Under the pieces are notes generated by a model that was not told the origin of the DNA, did not search any database, and was given only the letters and a program-made list of their open reading frames with translations. Positions 50,969-61,205 of a stretch of DNA of 64,000 nt are shown piece by piece; position 1 is the first letter of the stretch; each line of letters opens with the position of its first letter. The position numbers were made by a program, and so were the translations under genes. The stretch comes from an uncultured Bacteroidota bacterium (GTDB lineage Bacteria > Bacteroidota > Bacteroidia > AKYH767-A > OLB10): NCBI GenBank assembly GCA_903847585.1, contig CAINEC010000162.1, forward strand, positions 33,427 to 97,426, written 5' to 3'.

Positions 50969-50992
50969 AAGAGGGCCTAAACCCCTCTTTTT
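50969..50992 (+). terminator. intrinsic terminator
   Basis: AAGAGGG-CCTAAAC-CCCTCTTTTT. Confidence 0.75.
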
Positions 50993-51032
50993 GAAGCAAT
51001 TGCTATTTAACATAATATTAATTATATAACAA

Positions 51033-51449
51033 CTATAGGTCGTTATAAAGGCCGGTATTGCGGAATCCTTTGGGCTTACGGCGGGCCGTTTCAAAGTCAA
51101 CGCTACCCGGTGAAATCATCACAAACTTCGACTTATCCTTGGTAGTATATTCGTAATCGTAAATGCAATAAGTAATTGAATCACGGTTCATTTTTTTGTG
51201 CGTGAAGTATTGAAAATTGAAATCCATTTCAATAAGCAAACCTTTATGAATCTGCTTATCGCCCATTTTAAATAAGGAATCCAGAATCCTTCGGTTCTTG
51301 CGCAAGACATTATTTACGTTCCTGACGTAATTGTTGACATTGCCATTTACACGGTTGTTGTAAACATTTCTGCAGGAATCGCCACAGAACTTCTTGTCAT
51401 AACGGCCCCTTAATGGCTCCGAACATTCTAAACAGTAATTTGTAATCAT
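51033..51449 (-). CDS. Cys4 zinc-ribbon hypothetical protein (DUF2116-like)
   Basis: CLEC...GR.DKKFCGDSCRN.YNN, N.LRKNRRIL and FNF.YFTH. Confidence 0.8.
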   Translation of the reverse strand: MITNYCLECSEPLRGRYDKKFCGDSCRNVYNNRVNGNVNNYVRNVNNVLRKNRRILDSLFKMGDKQIHKGLLIEMDFNFQYFTHKKMNRDSITYCIYDYEYTTKDKSKFVMISPGSVDFETARRKPKGFRNTGLYNDL

Positions 51450-51685
51450 AGTTATTAGGTTTAAAATTAAAGTGCTTTACCTATTTAGCATCGATTCTGA
51501 AGTATTACAAAAACATCCAAAATCAAATGTTGAAATCAAAATTATTAGCGACTTTAAAAATTTCAAGTCCCTGATTAATTTTACTATTAACAGGCTTTTG
51601 TTAAATATCCTAAACCCACCATAATCCCTTTTTTCATTCGTAAATCAAGGCCCAAAATACCAATTTTAAGCTCAAAAAACCACAT

Positions 51686-51726
51686 TAAACGTTTGTAAAC
51701 GACTATAAGTACTTAATAACCGAATA
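51686..51726 (+). repeat. ~10-bp periodic direct repeats upstream of ssb (possible operator)
   Basis: TAAACGTTTG TAAACGACTA TAAGTACTTA A TAACCGAATA. Confidence 0.55.
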
Positions 51727-51804
51727 ATCGGTCAAGGCCATATTTACTTTGCGGTGTTCATTAATCAGGGTTTCCGGAGACCCCGATAAACAAATTAAAA
51801 TAAC

Positions 51805-52158
51805 ATGAAAAACCTAAAAAACAGAGTCAATTTAATTGGCAACCTGGGCACCGACCCAGAAATCAAAACGCTGGATGGCGGACAAAAGCTGGCTAAAATA
51901 GCCATTGCTACTAACGAAAGTTACAAAAACACCAAGGGTGAAAAAGTAACTGAAACCCAATGGCATAACCTGGTTGCCTGGGGAAAGACAGCGGAGTATT
52001 TCGAGAAATATGCAAAAACTGGAAGTAAGGCTGTGATTGAAGGGAAATTGGTTAACCGAAACTACACCGACAAAAATGGGATCAAACGTTACATCACGGA
52101 AATTGTGGTTGATGAAGTGATGTTGTTTGGTTCAAGTGTGCGAAATGAGGTTGATTGA
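51805..52158 (+). CDS. ssb: single-stranded DNA-binding protein (short, no acidic tail)
   Basis: NRVNLIGNLGTDPE, ATNE, TQWH..V.WG, IEGKL..R and RYITEIV. Confidence 0.92.
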   Translation: MKNLKNRVNLIGNLGTDPEIKTLDGGQKLAKIAIATNESYKNTKGEKVTETQWHNLVAWGKTAEYFEKYAKTGSKAVIEGKLVNRNYTDKNGIKRYITEIVVDEVMLFGSSVRNEVD

Positions 52159-52236
52159 TTGATTTTGGCGAGGCTTTTTGATTGTCGGGCTCTTTCATTT
52201 TTTTAAAAATATAGGCCTTGATTTTTATCAAAAAGC

Positions 52237-52277
52237 AAAAAAGTCGGTGTTTAACATTCGTTAGGCACCGCTTTTTT
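52237..52277. terminator. bidirectional intrinsic terminator
   Basis: AAAAAAGTCGGTGTTTAAC-ATTC-GTTAGGCACCGCTTTTTT. Confidence 0.8.
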
Positions 52278-52280
52278 ATT

Positions 52281-53387
52281 TTATGAAATAAACTCGACAA
52301 TTTTGTCAGCCGCTCTTTGTGAAGCCCCAGCGCCACCAAGCTTTTCTTTTAATAATTGGTAGTCGACTAAAACACGTGATCGCACATCATCTGTTAAAAT
52401 TTCGTTCAACTCCGCTACAATATTGGGTGTGTTTAGTTCCGACTGAATAAGTTCCTTAACCACCATTTTATCCATGATTAAATTAACCAAGGATATGTAC
52501 TTTACCTTAATTATCCGCTTGGCAATTTCGTAGGATATTTTACTTCCTTTATAACAAACCACTTCGGGTACATTAAATAAGGCCGTTTCTAAAGTAGCCG
52601 TTCCGCTGGTGACTAATGCTGCATGGGCATTTTGCAACAAGGAATAGGTTTTACCCTGAACCAGTTTTACCGGATACTTTTCTGTAAATGGTTGATAGAA
52701 ATCCAATTCTTGTCCTGGAGCAACCGCAACCACAAACTGATAATCGAGAAAGTCGTTTGATACCGATAGCATAATCGGCAACATCGAATTTATTTCCTGC
52801 TTACGACTTCCTGGCAACAAAGCAATAATTGGTTTTTCTGAAAGTCCGTTTTTTGCTTTCCAATAACCATCCGAATTATCTAAGGAATGAATCGCATCTA
52901 AAAGCGGATGACCTACAAAATCAACCTTACAATCGAACCGCTCATAAAACTCCTTTTCGAAAGGTAAAATCACCAGCATTTTATCAATATCTCTTTTGAT
53001 CTGATGAACCCGGGATTGTTTCCAGGCCCAGATTTGAGGAGAGATATAATAAACCGTCTTTATATTATGTTCTTTGACAAATGAAGCTATCCGAAGATTA
53101 AATCCAGGATAATCGATAAAGATTACCACATCCGGAGAAAACTGTAGAATATCGCTTTTGCAAAATTTAATATTTTTGGTAATGGTCGGAAGGTTTTTCA
53201 CCACTTCAATAAATCCCATAAATGCCAAATCGCGATAATGCTTTACGACTTCAGCACCCTGAGCCTGCATCAAATCGCCACCCCAACAACGAAAAATAGC
53301 TTGCGGATCTTTTTCTTTAATGGCCTTAATAAGATTTGCGCCATGTAAATCGCCCGAAGCTTCGCCAGCAATTATGTAATACTTCAT
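52281..53387 (-). CDS. lpxB: lipid-A-disaccharide synthase
   Basis: AGEASGDLHG, IDYPGFN, YYISPQIWAW, FVGHPL, LPGSR and SGTATLE. Confidence 0.96.
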   Translation of the reverse strand: MKYYIIAGEASGDLHGANLIKAIKEKDPQAIFRCWGGDLMQAQGAEVVKHYRDLAFMGFIEVVKNLPTITKNIKFCKSDILQFSPDVVIFIDYPGFNLRIASFVKEHNIKTVYYISPQIWAWKQSRVHQIKRDIDKMLVILPFEKEFYERFDCKVDFVGHPLLDAIHSLDNSDGYWKAKNGLSEKPIIALLPGSRKQEINSMLPIMLSVSNDFLDYQFVVAVAPGQELDFYQPFTEKYPVKLVQGKTYSLLQNAHAALVTSGTATLETALFNVPEVVCYKGSKISYEIAKRIIKVKYISLVNLIMDKMVVKELIQSELNTPNIVAELNEILTDDVRSRVLVDYQLLKEKLGGAGASQRAADKIVEFIS

Positions 53388-53432
53388 GATCGATTTACCA
53401 TTACCATTTATAATTCAAAAGTATTTATTTAA

Positions 53433-54251
53433 TCAATGCCACTTAACAGAATTCAAATGCTGAATTGCATAGTGAGCGGTCAAATCAAATTGAACCGGCA
53501 CCAACGAAACATATCCATTTTTCAGAGCCCATTCATCGGTGTCATCGCCTTTATCAAGATTTACAAAATCACCTTTCATCCAATAATACTTTCTTTTATG
53601 AGGATCCAGTCTTTCATCAAAAGTCTCTACATATTTAGCATTAGCCTGGCGACAAACTTTTATGCCTTTTACTTTTGACATTGGCAATTTAGGAATGTTC
53701 ACATTTAACAGTGTTCCTTCTTGCAAACCGATTTTCAGAATTCGCTTGACAATAATTTTAGCATAATGCTTCGCGACTGTAAAATCAGCATCAATATTAA
53801 AATCACAAAGACTAAATCCTATAGATGGAATTCCTTCGATGGCGCCTTCAACGGCTGCCGACATTGTTCCTGAATAAATCACATTAATCGAAGAATTGGA
53901 TCCGTGATTAATTCCCGAAACCAAGATATCTGGTTTACGATGTAAAACTCTATTGACCGCCAACTTAACACAATCAGCAGGAGTTCCCGAACATTGATAG
54001 GAATCTACCCCACTAAAAACACTAACCTTATCAAGACGCAAAGGTTTATTGATAGTAATTGCGTGTCCCATTCCTGACTGAGGACTATCGGGCGCTACAA
54101 CAACTACCTCCCCTATCGTTTTCATAACTTCTACCAGATTACGTAAACCTGGAGCAGTGATTCCGTCGTCGTTGGTAATAAGGATAATAGGCTTACTGCT
54201 TTTTTTAGTAGCAGTTTTAGCAGGATTAACTTTCTTATTGGTGGTTTTCAT
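53433..54251 (-). CDS. surE: 5'/3'-nucleotidase SurE
   Basis: ILITNDDG, GTPADCV, SGINHG and YSGT. Confidence 0.96.
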   Translation of the reverse strand: MKTTNKKVNPAKTATKKSSKPIILITNDDGITAPGLRNLVEVMKTIGEVVVVAPDSPQSGMGHAITINKPLRLDKVSVFSGVDSYQCSGTPADCVKLAVNRVLHRKPDILVSGINHGSNSSINVIYSGTMSAAVEGAIEGIPSIGFSLCDFNIDADFTVAKHYAKIIVKRILKIGLQEGTLLNVNIPKLPMSKVKGIKVCRQANAKYVETFDERLDPHKRKYYWMKGDFVNLDKGDDTDEWALKNGYVSLVPVQFDLTAHYAIQHLNSVKWH

Positions 54252-54262
54252 GCCTTGCGATT

Positions 54263-54913
54263 TTATCTTGATTTTTCGGCTAACATTGGTACGAACTTGA
54301 ACTTTGTTAACTCGATAATTTCTGTTTCTGTAGCTGATTTTTTTAATACTGTGGTCATGATTTGCTCACTTCCACTTCCAACAGGAATAACCATTAGTCC
54401 TCCAACTTTTAACTGATCTACTAATGCTTGTGGAATCATAGGTGCGCCGCAGGTAACAAGAATTTTATCATAGGGAGCAAACGCAGGATGCCCTTTAAAT
54501 CCATCACCAAAAAACGATTTAATTGTTTTATAACCAAGTCGCTCAAATTGCTTTTTAGCCTGATCATGTAATTCACGAAAACGCTCCATCGTGAATAGTT
54601 TAACACCTATTTCAGCTAACACGCAGGACTGATACCCTGAACCGGTTCCGATTTCAAGCACTTTTTCATTCTTCTGAGGATCGAGCAATTGCGTTTGAAA
54701 TGCCACGGTATAAGGCTGTGAAATTGTTTGTCCGCAGGAAATAGGAAACGCTTTATCATCCTGATAGGCAAAATCAAGGAAAGCATTATCCATAAAAAAA
54801 TGTCGCGGAATTTTATCAATTGCCTCTAAAACGGCCTTGTTTTCAATACCTTTCTCCTTTAATTGCGTCACTAGCTTTCTACGCAGTCCCTGATGTTTAA
54901 ACGAATCTACCAT
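54263..54913 (-). CDS. pcm: protein-L-isoaspartate O-methyltransferase
   Basis: GQTISQP, VLEIGTGSGY, APYDKI and QLKVGG. Confidence 0.95.
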   Translation of the reverse strand: MVDSFKHQGLRRKLVTQLKEKGIENKAVLEAIDKIPRHFFMDNAFLDFAYQDDKAFPISCGQTISQPYTVAFQTQLLDPQKNEKVLEIGTGSGYQSCVLAEIGVKLFTMERFRELHDQAKKQFERLGYKTIKSFFGDGFKGHPAFAPYDKILVTCGAPMIPQALVDQLKVGGLMVIPVGSGSEQIMTTVLKKSATETEIIELTKFKFVPMLAEKSR

Positions 54914-55035
54914 ATTCACTCTACAAAATTAGAAGCTATCTGCTTTGTATTACTCTCGTAAAAAAATATCTTCCAATAGTTTTTAACAATGAAAATTGCC
55001 GAAAAAATATGGTAATTTTGCAGAAAATTTGAGCG

Positions 55036-56010
55036 ATGCTAAAGATTGGTGTTTTAGGTGCAGGTCATTTGGGTAAGATTCATATCAACCTACTAAAAGA
55101 AATTAGTGCTTTTGAGCTGGTAGGGTTTTACGATCCTGATCAAGATAAGGCTGATCAAATTAAAGATGTAAAGTATTTTTCATCAATGGACGAGTTGATG
55201 GAAGAATGTGATGTAATCGATATCGTTACTCCAACAGTGAACCATTACGAATGTGCCGTAAAAGCACTTCGAAACTCAAAGCATATTTTTATTGAGAAAC
55301 CACTAGCCAATACCATCCAAGAGGCGAAGGATATGATGGGACTTGCTGAAGAAGCTAATGTAAAAGTGCAGGTAGGACATGTTGAGCGTTTTAATCCAGC
55401 ATTCATCGCCGCACAAGGATTCATTAAGCAACCGCTATTTATAGAAACACATCGATTAGCACAGTTTAATCCGAGGGGTACAGATGTATCTGTCGTTTTA
55501 GACTTGATGATTCATGATATCGACATTGTATTAAGCACTGTTAAATCGACGATTAAAAAAATCAGTACTAGTGGTGTTGCCGTAGTAAGTGACACACCAG
55601 ATATTGCAAACGCGAGAATTGAATTTGATAATGGTTGCGTAGCGAATTTAACAGCATCGAGAATTTCTTTGAAGAACATGCGCAAGACAAGATTCTTTCA
55701 GAAGGATGCTTATATCTCCGTTGACTTTTTGAAGAAGTCATCAGAAATTGTTCGACTTAAAGAAGTAGAAGGAACACCTGATCCATTTGCTATGACAATC
55801 GACTTAGGCGAAGGAAAAGGTAGCAAACAAATTTATTTTGAGAATCCTAAAATTCAGGAGTCGAATGCAATTAAAGAAGAGCTCACTTCATTTGCTGAGT
55901 CAATCCTTAACGATAAAGTTCCGATGGTATCTATTCACGATGGATATGAAGCATTAGTGGTTGCTCATCAGATCGCTGACAAATTAAAATCAGTTCCTCC
56001 AATCGCATAA
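55036..56010 (+). CDS. Gfo/Idh/MocA oxidoreductase (possible GnnA)
   Basis: GAGHLG, IEKP, GHVERFNP and DLMIHDID. Confidence 0.85.
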   Translation: MLKIGVLGAGHLGKIHINLLKEISAFELVGFYDPDQDKADQIKDVKYFSSMDELMEECDVIDIVTPTVNHYECAVKALRNSKHIFIEKPLANTIQEAKDMMGLAEEANVKVQVGHVERFNPAFIAAQGFIKQPLFIETHRLAQFNPRGTDVSVVLDLMIHDIDIVLSTVKSTIKKISTSGVAVVSDTPDIANARIEFDNGCVANLTASRISLKNMRKTRFFQKDAYISVDFLKKSSEIVRLKEVEGTPDPFAMTIDLGEGKGSKQIYFENPKIQESNAIKEELTSFAESILNDKVPMVSIHDGYEALVVAHQIADKLKSVPPIA

Positions 56011-56012
56011 TC

Positions 56013-56879
56013 ATGAAATATTCCCATTCACTTTTACTATTACTATTGGTGGCATTTGTAATTACAAGTTGCAATCCTGACGAAAGAGAACCTGCTTATT
56101 TAATTATAAACAACGTAAGCGTATCTTCTAATCCTCAGACCCAAGGAAGTAACTGCAGCAACGTAAAAGATGTTTGGGTGTATGTAGACAATCAGTATCT
56201 CGGAACGTATCAACTACCTGCAAGAATTCCAGTTTTAGAGGAAGGAACCAAGAATGTTATTTTGCGAGCTGGCATTTTAGAGAATGGTATTTCTGCAACA
56301 CATAGTGCTTATCCGTTATATAAATCTGATACACGAAGTATAAATTTTATTCCTGGACAAGAAACAACGATAGACACTTTCAATGTAGCCTACTTTCCAG
56401 CGTTGATCTACACTTGGTATGAAGACTTTGAGAAAGACGCTATTGGTGGAGGATTCAGTTTGTCACCTGAGCCAAATAATAATCTAGCTCCATTAGCTAC
56501 AGACTCTGTAGATGTTTTTGAAGGTGTTCGTTGTTTGAAGATGAAAGTCGATGGAACCAACTATGTTTCAGATATAGAGACTAACGGCGATGGATATGTA
56601 CTTTATCGTGGCAAAGACATTTATCTTGAAATGAACTATAAGTGCGACCATGAATTTACTGTTGGATTAAGAGGAATGTTGGCGAATGACAAACGAAATA
56701 TTCCAGTATTATTATTCAATCCATCATATACTTGGAAGAAAATTTACATCAACGTAAGTAAGTTTGTAAATAGTAATTACGACGTACCGAAATTCAAAGT
56801 TTACTTTTATCTAACAACACCTCCAGGAGGCTCGGAAGCTACAGTATATCTCGATAATTTAAAACTCATCAGTAACTAA
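56013..56879 (+). CDS. hypothetical lipoprotein
   Basis: Lipobox ITSC, beta-rich sequence, no recognised family. Confidence 0.7.
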   Translation: MKYSHSLLLLLLVAFVITSCNPDEREPAYLIINNVSVSSNPQTQGSNCSNVKDVWVYVDNQYLGTYQLPARIPVLEEGTKNVILRAGILENGISATHSAYPLYKSDTRSINFIPGQETTIDTFNVAYFPALIYTWYEDFEKDAIGGGFSLSPEPNNNLAPLATDSVDVFEGVRCLKMKVDGTNYVSDIETNGDGYVLYRGKDIYLEMNYKCDHEFTVGLRGMLANDKRNIPVLLFNPSYTWKKIYINVSKFVNSNYDVPKFKVYFYLTTPPGGSEATVYLDNLKLISN

Positions 56880-56882
56880 ACC

Positions 56883-58295
56883 ATGAACAAGACTTTACAG
56901 GTTGTTAAATATGTGGTTGCTGATTTAATATCGGCAACAATTGCCTGGGGTATATTTTACTTTTACAGAAAAGCGCAAATAGAGTCGGTTTTATTTGGCT
57001 ATATCCCATTTCAGCCTGATGATAATTTCTTTTTAGGCATTACTTTACTCCCAATCTTATGGGTTGTTGTTTATGCCTTAATGGGTACTTACAACGACAT
57101 TTATCGCAAGTCGAGATTAAAAGAATTCGGACAAACATTTATGGTAGCACTCATAGGATGTTTGATCATATTTTTCACTTTATTACTCGACGATACTATT
57201 ATTTCATACAAGAGTTATTATAGCTCATTCGTAACTTTATTCCTCTTGCAATTTGGAATAACCTTCACTGTTCGATTTATCATCACCACCCTTACTGCAA
57301 GAAAAATCAAGAGTCGCAAAATTGGTTTTAATACAATTATTATTGGCAGCTCTCAAAAAGCAGTAAGTTTATTCAATGAATTAGAATCAGAGCCATTAAG
57401 TCAAGGATACAAGTTTATAGGGTTCGTTCATGTTGATAATACAAACGGAAAATACTTTAAAGAACAACTTCCACATTTAGGCGGAATAGAAGATGTTGGA
57501 AAAATTATTGAAGAAAATAAAATTGAAGAAGTACTCATTGCAATTGAGTCGAGCGAGCACGAGTTTATTGGTAGAATAATAAATGATTTAGAGGACAAAG
57601 ACATCATCATTAAGATCATGCCTGATATGTACGATATCTTATCAGGATCTGTAAAGATGACTTCGATTTTCGGATCTCCATTAATCATTATCAATCCGAG
57701 CTTAATGCCTATTTGGCAACAATCGTTGAAGCGTATTATAGACATCGTTATATCATTGTTCTTTTTGATTTTGTTATCGCCATTGTATTTGGTTACAGGG
57801 TTAATCGTAAAGTTCACCTCTAAAGGTCCAGTGTTTTTTTCTCAGGAACGAATTGGATTACATGGAAATCCTTTTATCATTTTCAAATTCAGATCGATGT
57901 TTCTCGATGCCGAAAAAGGTGGTCCAATGTTATCGAGTTCAACTGACTCACGCATCACGAAGTTTGGTAAGTTCATGCGAAAAATAAGATTGGATGAAAT
58001 CCCTCAGTTTTATAATGTTCTAATTGGAGATATGTCGTTGGTTGGTCCTCGTCCAGAGCGACAATTTTTCATTGATCAGATCATGAAGGAAGCTCCTCAC
58101 TATCGACACTTACATAAAGTACGTCCGGGAATTACTTCATGGGGACAAGTAAAATACGGCTACGCGGAAAATGTACAACAGATGGTTCAACGTTTAAAGT
58201 TTGATATCATCTATATTGAGAACATGTCGTTAGCCCTTGATTTTAAGATTTTGTTTTATACCCTTAAAATCATTCTTCAACGTTCAGGAAAATAG
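56883..58295 (+). CDS. polyprenyl-phosphate glycosylphosphotransferase (WcaJ-like)
   Basis: KRIIDI, KFRSM, LDEIPQFYNVLIGDMSLVGPRPE and PGITSWGQV. Confidence 0.93.
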   Translation: MNKTLQVVKYVVADLISATIAWGIFYFYRKAQIESVLFGYIPFQPDDNFFLGITLLPILWVVVYALMGTYNDIYRKSRLKEFGQTFMVALIGCLIIFFTLLLDDTIISYKSYYSSFVTLFLLQFGITFTVRFIITTLTARKIKSRKIGFNTIIIGSSQKAVSLFNELESEPLSQGYKFIGFVHVDNTNGKYFKEQLPHLGGIEDVGKIIEENKIEEVLIAIESSEHEFIGRIINDLEDKDIIIKIMPDMYDILSGSVKMTSIFGSPLIIINPSLMPIWQQSLKRIIDIVISLFFLILLSPLYLVTGLIVKFTSKGPVFFSQERIGLHGNPFIIFKFRSMFLDAEKGGPMLSSSTDSRITKFGKFMRKIRLDEIPQFYNVLIGDMSLVGPRPERQFFIDQIMKEAPHYRHLHKVRPGITSWGQVKYGYAENVQQMVQRLKFDIIYIENMSLALDFKILFYTLKIILQRSGK

Positions 58296-58298
58296 TTT

Positions 58299-59435
58299 TT
58301 AGTTTAAACGCTCTACCCCATCAGCTTCACCAATTGGCAAGTTGGGCTTTGAGCAGTTGAAAATTTTAAGCGGCACATTTATTTTTTCAAAAACCTCACG
58401 GATATGCGTATCCGTAGTATCGGTAATAAATATTTGTCCGAATGTTTCGTTGCTCACTAATTCCATTAATCGTGTGATACGATGTACATCTAACTTATCG
58501 AAAATATCATCCAACAGTAATAATGGTTTCACTCCACTGTATTCACTTATCAATTCGAATTGTGCTAGTTTAATTGCTAATACAAATGACTTCTGTTGAC
58601 CTTGAGATCCGATTTTTCGAACAGAGTGATTATTAAGTAAAAGTTCCAGATCATCGCGATGAATACCAACAGATGTATATTGAAGTGCTAAGTCTTTATA
58701 AATACTTCCCTTTAGCAATTCAGATAATGGCTGTTCAAACAACTTCGACTCATATTGTAAATCGACGCGCTCTTTATCATCCGTAAGGAAAGAATAATAC
58801 TTATTAAAAATTGGAATAAAACGCTCAATAAACTCCTTACGCAATGTAAAAATCTGAGTCCCAGCGTTCGATAATTGCTCATCTATAATCTGCAATAACG
58901 ATTCATCGGGCATCATTCCTCGAGGAGTATTTTTGAGCAATGAATTTCGCTGTTGTAAAATACGGTTATAACTAACAAGCAAATCAAGATAATGATGGTT
59001 ATACTGACTGATAATACTATCCATCAACTTACGACGCTCTTCTCCCGAACCGGTGATTAAAACCTGATCAACAGGTGCAACCATAACAACCGGTAGAAGC
59101 CCAATATGTTCACTTAACTTCTGATATTCTTTATGATTTCGCTTAACAACTTTTTTGCTTCCTGATTTCATTCCGATAAAAACTTCATCGGCAAAATCAT
59201 TATCCTTTAGAAAGAATTTACCTCCGATAGAAAAATAATTACTTCCATGCATGATATTGATGCTATCGGTAGCATGAAAATAACTCTTACAAAGTCCTAA
59301 ATAATGTATTGCATCAAGGATATTCGTTTTACCTGATCCATTCGGTCCTGTAAGCGCATTAGCCCCTTGATCGAACTCGAATTCAGCTTCCTTATAATTT
59401 TTGAAAGAAAATATCGTTAACCTCTTTAAATACAT
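58299..59435 (-). CDS. recF: DNA replication/repair protein RecF
   Basis: GPNGSGKTN, GIHRDDL, GSQGQQKS and LLLDDIFDKLD. Confidence 0.96.
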   Translation of the reverse strand: MYLKRLTIFSFKNYKEAEFEFDQGANALTGPNGSGKTNILDAIHYLGLCKSYFHATDSINIMHGSNYFSIGGKFFLKDNDFADEVFIGMKSGSKKVVKRNHKEYQKLSEHIGLLPVVMVAPVDQVLITGSGEERRKLMDSIISQYNHHYLDLLVSYNRILQQRNSLLKNTPRGMMPDESLLQIIDEQLSNAGTQIFTLRKEFIERFIPIFNKYYSFLTDDKERVDLQYESKLFEQPLSELLKGSIYKDLALQYTSVGIHRDDLELLLNNHSVRKIGSQGQQKSFVLAIKLAQFELISEYSGVKPLLLLDDIFDKLDVHRITRLMELVSNETFGQIFITDTTDTHIREVFEKINVPLKIFNCSKPNLPIGEADGVERLN

Positions 59436-59506
59436 CTCTACAAAATTACATTTAAATTTAAACTCTTTAACCCTGATTAACCAATAAAAATTATATTTGA
59501 TTCATT

Positions 59507-61120
59507 ATGAAAAAATCAACCTTTAAAACTGCGCTTATTGCCCTTTTCCTGCTTAGCATCACAGCACGATTAAATGCGCAAAATATTATTCGATTAGACA
59601 ATTCGGAGATCGAAAAAATTAGAGTTTATCAGAACGGGGCCTTTGTAAGTCGGACTGTAAAAACAAGTCTTAATCCCGGATTAAATCAAGTAGTATTTGA
59701 TGGATTATCGCCGTACATCAACCCGAATAGTGTTACCGTAAAAGGCATGGGAGATGCAACCATTATTGGCGTTAATTTCCAACAGAATTATTTAAAGGAT
59801 CAGAAAAAATCGCCAGAGATTAACAAACTGGAAATGGAAAGAGATTCCTTAAATATTAAGCTGCGCTATATCCAAAATAAAACTGCTTCTACAAACGAAG
59901 GTATTACAGTACTGCAAGCAAACAAATCGATTGGAGGAACTAATGGCGTTGTTGCGAATGATTTAATTGCCATTGTAGATTACTATGTAAAAAAGATTAA
60001 CGCGCTTAAAGATGATTTGATTGACTTAAACTTAAAAGAATTAAAAGTGCAAGATCAAATCAATAAAATCAATCAGCAATTAGCAGTAATAAACAATAAA
60101 CAAAATCAGCCAGAAGGTAATATCGTTGTTACTGTTGATGCGAAAACAAAATCGGTTGCTACTTTTGATTTCTCTTATATGATTGCAAGCAATGTTAGCT
60201 GGACACCCATCTACGATGTGCGAGTTAAGAATATCAACAGCCCTATTGAATTTATTTTAAAAGCCAAGGTTTATCAAAGTACAGGCGAAGACTGGAACGA
60301 TGTAAGCCTTTCACTTAATACTGGTAATCCAACTGACGGAGCACAGAAACCTGTTTTATATCCCTGGTATATAAATTTCCAACAGTACAATTATAAAGTA
60401 AAGTCTATGAACCGAATGGATGCTGCACCTTCAATGATGATCCAAGGTGAAAGCAATGGACAAATGGCCGATGCAAAAATGGAATGGTCGAATACTCAAA
60501 TGATGGAAAACCAGTTGAGCAACGAATATGCAATTCAAAATAAATACACGCTAAAGAGTGGAAATCTGGAAACACAAATTGAGATTAATCGCACCAACGC
60601 AAACGCATATTACGAATATGCCTGCGCACCTAAATTGAATACCGATGCCTTTTTAATGGGACATATTCCTAACTGGGAAAATTTAAATTTATTAGATGCA
60701 GAAGGAACCGTTTATTTTGATGGTGCTTATGTGGGAATCTGTGCAATTCAAAATACAACTGTGAATGATACGATGCATATTTCACTTGGAAAAGATGAGC
60801 GCATTTCGGTTAAACGCACGAAAACAAATGAGGTGAATGGAAGTAATTTATTGGGCTCAATGAAAGAGAAGAAGTGCTTATATGATATCGTTGTTAAGAA
60901 CACTAAAAAAGAAGCGGTGACAATAACTTTAGAAGAACAACTTCCAATTAGTCAAGAAAAAGAAATTACAGTAAATGCACTTGAATTATCAGGAGGCGAA
61001 TTAAATGCTACTACCGGATTAGTGACCTGGAAAATTAGTCTTCAACCTGGAGAGAGTATTACCAAGAAATTTAATTTCTCTGTGAAATATCCGAAGGATA
61101 AAGTTATAAACGGACTTTAG
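59507..61120 (+). CDS. DUF4139/DUF4140 domain protein
   Basis: Signal peptide, V.VYQNGAFVSR, SWTPIYDVR, QSTGEDWNDV.LSL.TG and G.VTW. Confidence 0.88.
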   Translation: MKKSTFKTALIALFLLSITARLNAQNIIRLDNSEIEKIRVYQNGAFVSRTVKTSLNPGLNQVVFDGLSPYINPNSVTVKGMGDATIIGVNFQQNYLKDQKKSPEINKLEMERDSLNIKLRYIQNKTASTNEGITVLQANKSIGGTNGVVANDLIAIVDYYVKKINALKDDLIDLNLKELKVQDQINKINQQLAVINNKQNQPEGNIVVTVDAKTKSVATFDFSYMIASNVSWTPIYDVRVKNINSPIEFILKAKVYQSTGEDWNDVSLSLNTGNPTDGAQKPVLYPWYINFQQYNYKVKSMNRMDAAPSMMIQGESNGQMADAKMEWSNTQMMENQLSNEYAIQNKYTLKSGNLETQIEINRTNANAYYEYACAPKLNTDAFLMGHIPNWENLNLLDAEGTVYFDGAYVGICAIQNTTVNDTMHISLGKDERISVKRTKTNEVNGSNLLGSMKEKKCLYDIVVKNTKKEAVTITLEEQLPISQEKEITVNALELSGGELNATTGLVTWKISLQPGESITKKFNFSVKYPKDKVINGL

Positions 61121-61145
61121 TCCAACAACTTTCATAAACCTCTAT

Positions 61146-61180
61146 AAAATGCAAACGCGGCCCAAGAAGACCGCGAATGC
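61146..61180 (-). terminator. intrinsic terminator
   Basis: Minus strand GCATTCGCGGTC-TTCTT-GGGCCGCGTTTGCATTTT. Confidence 0.65.
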
Positions 61181-61205
61181 TCAATCAAACCATAAAAACA
61201 CATCT

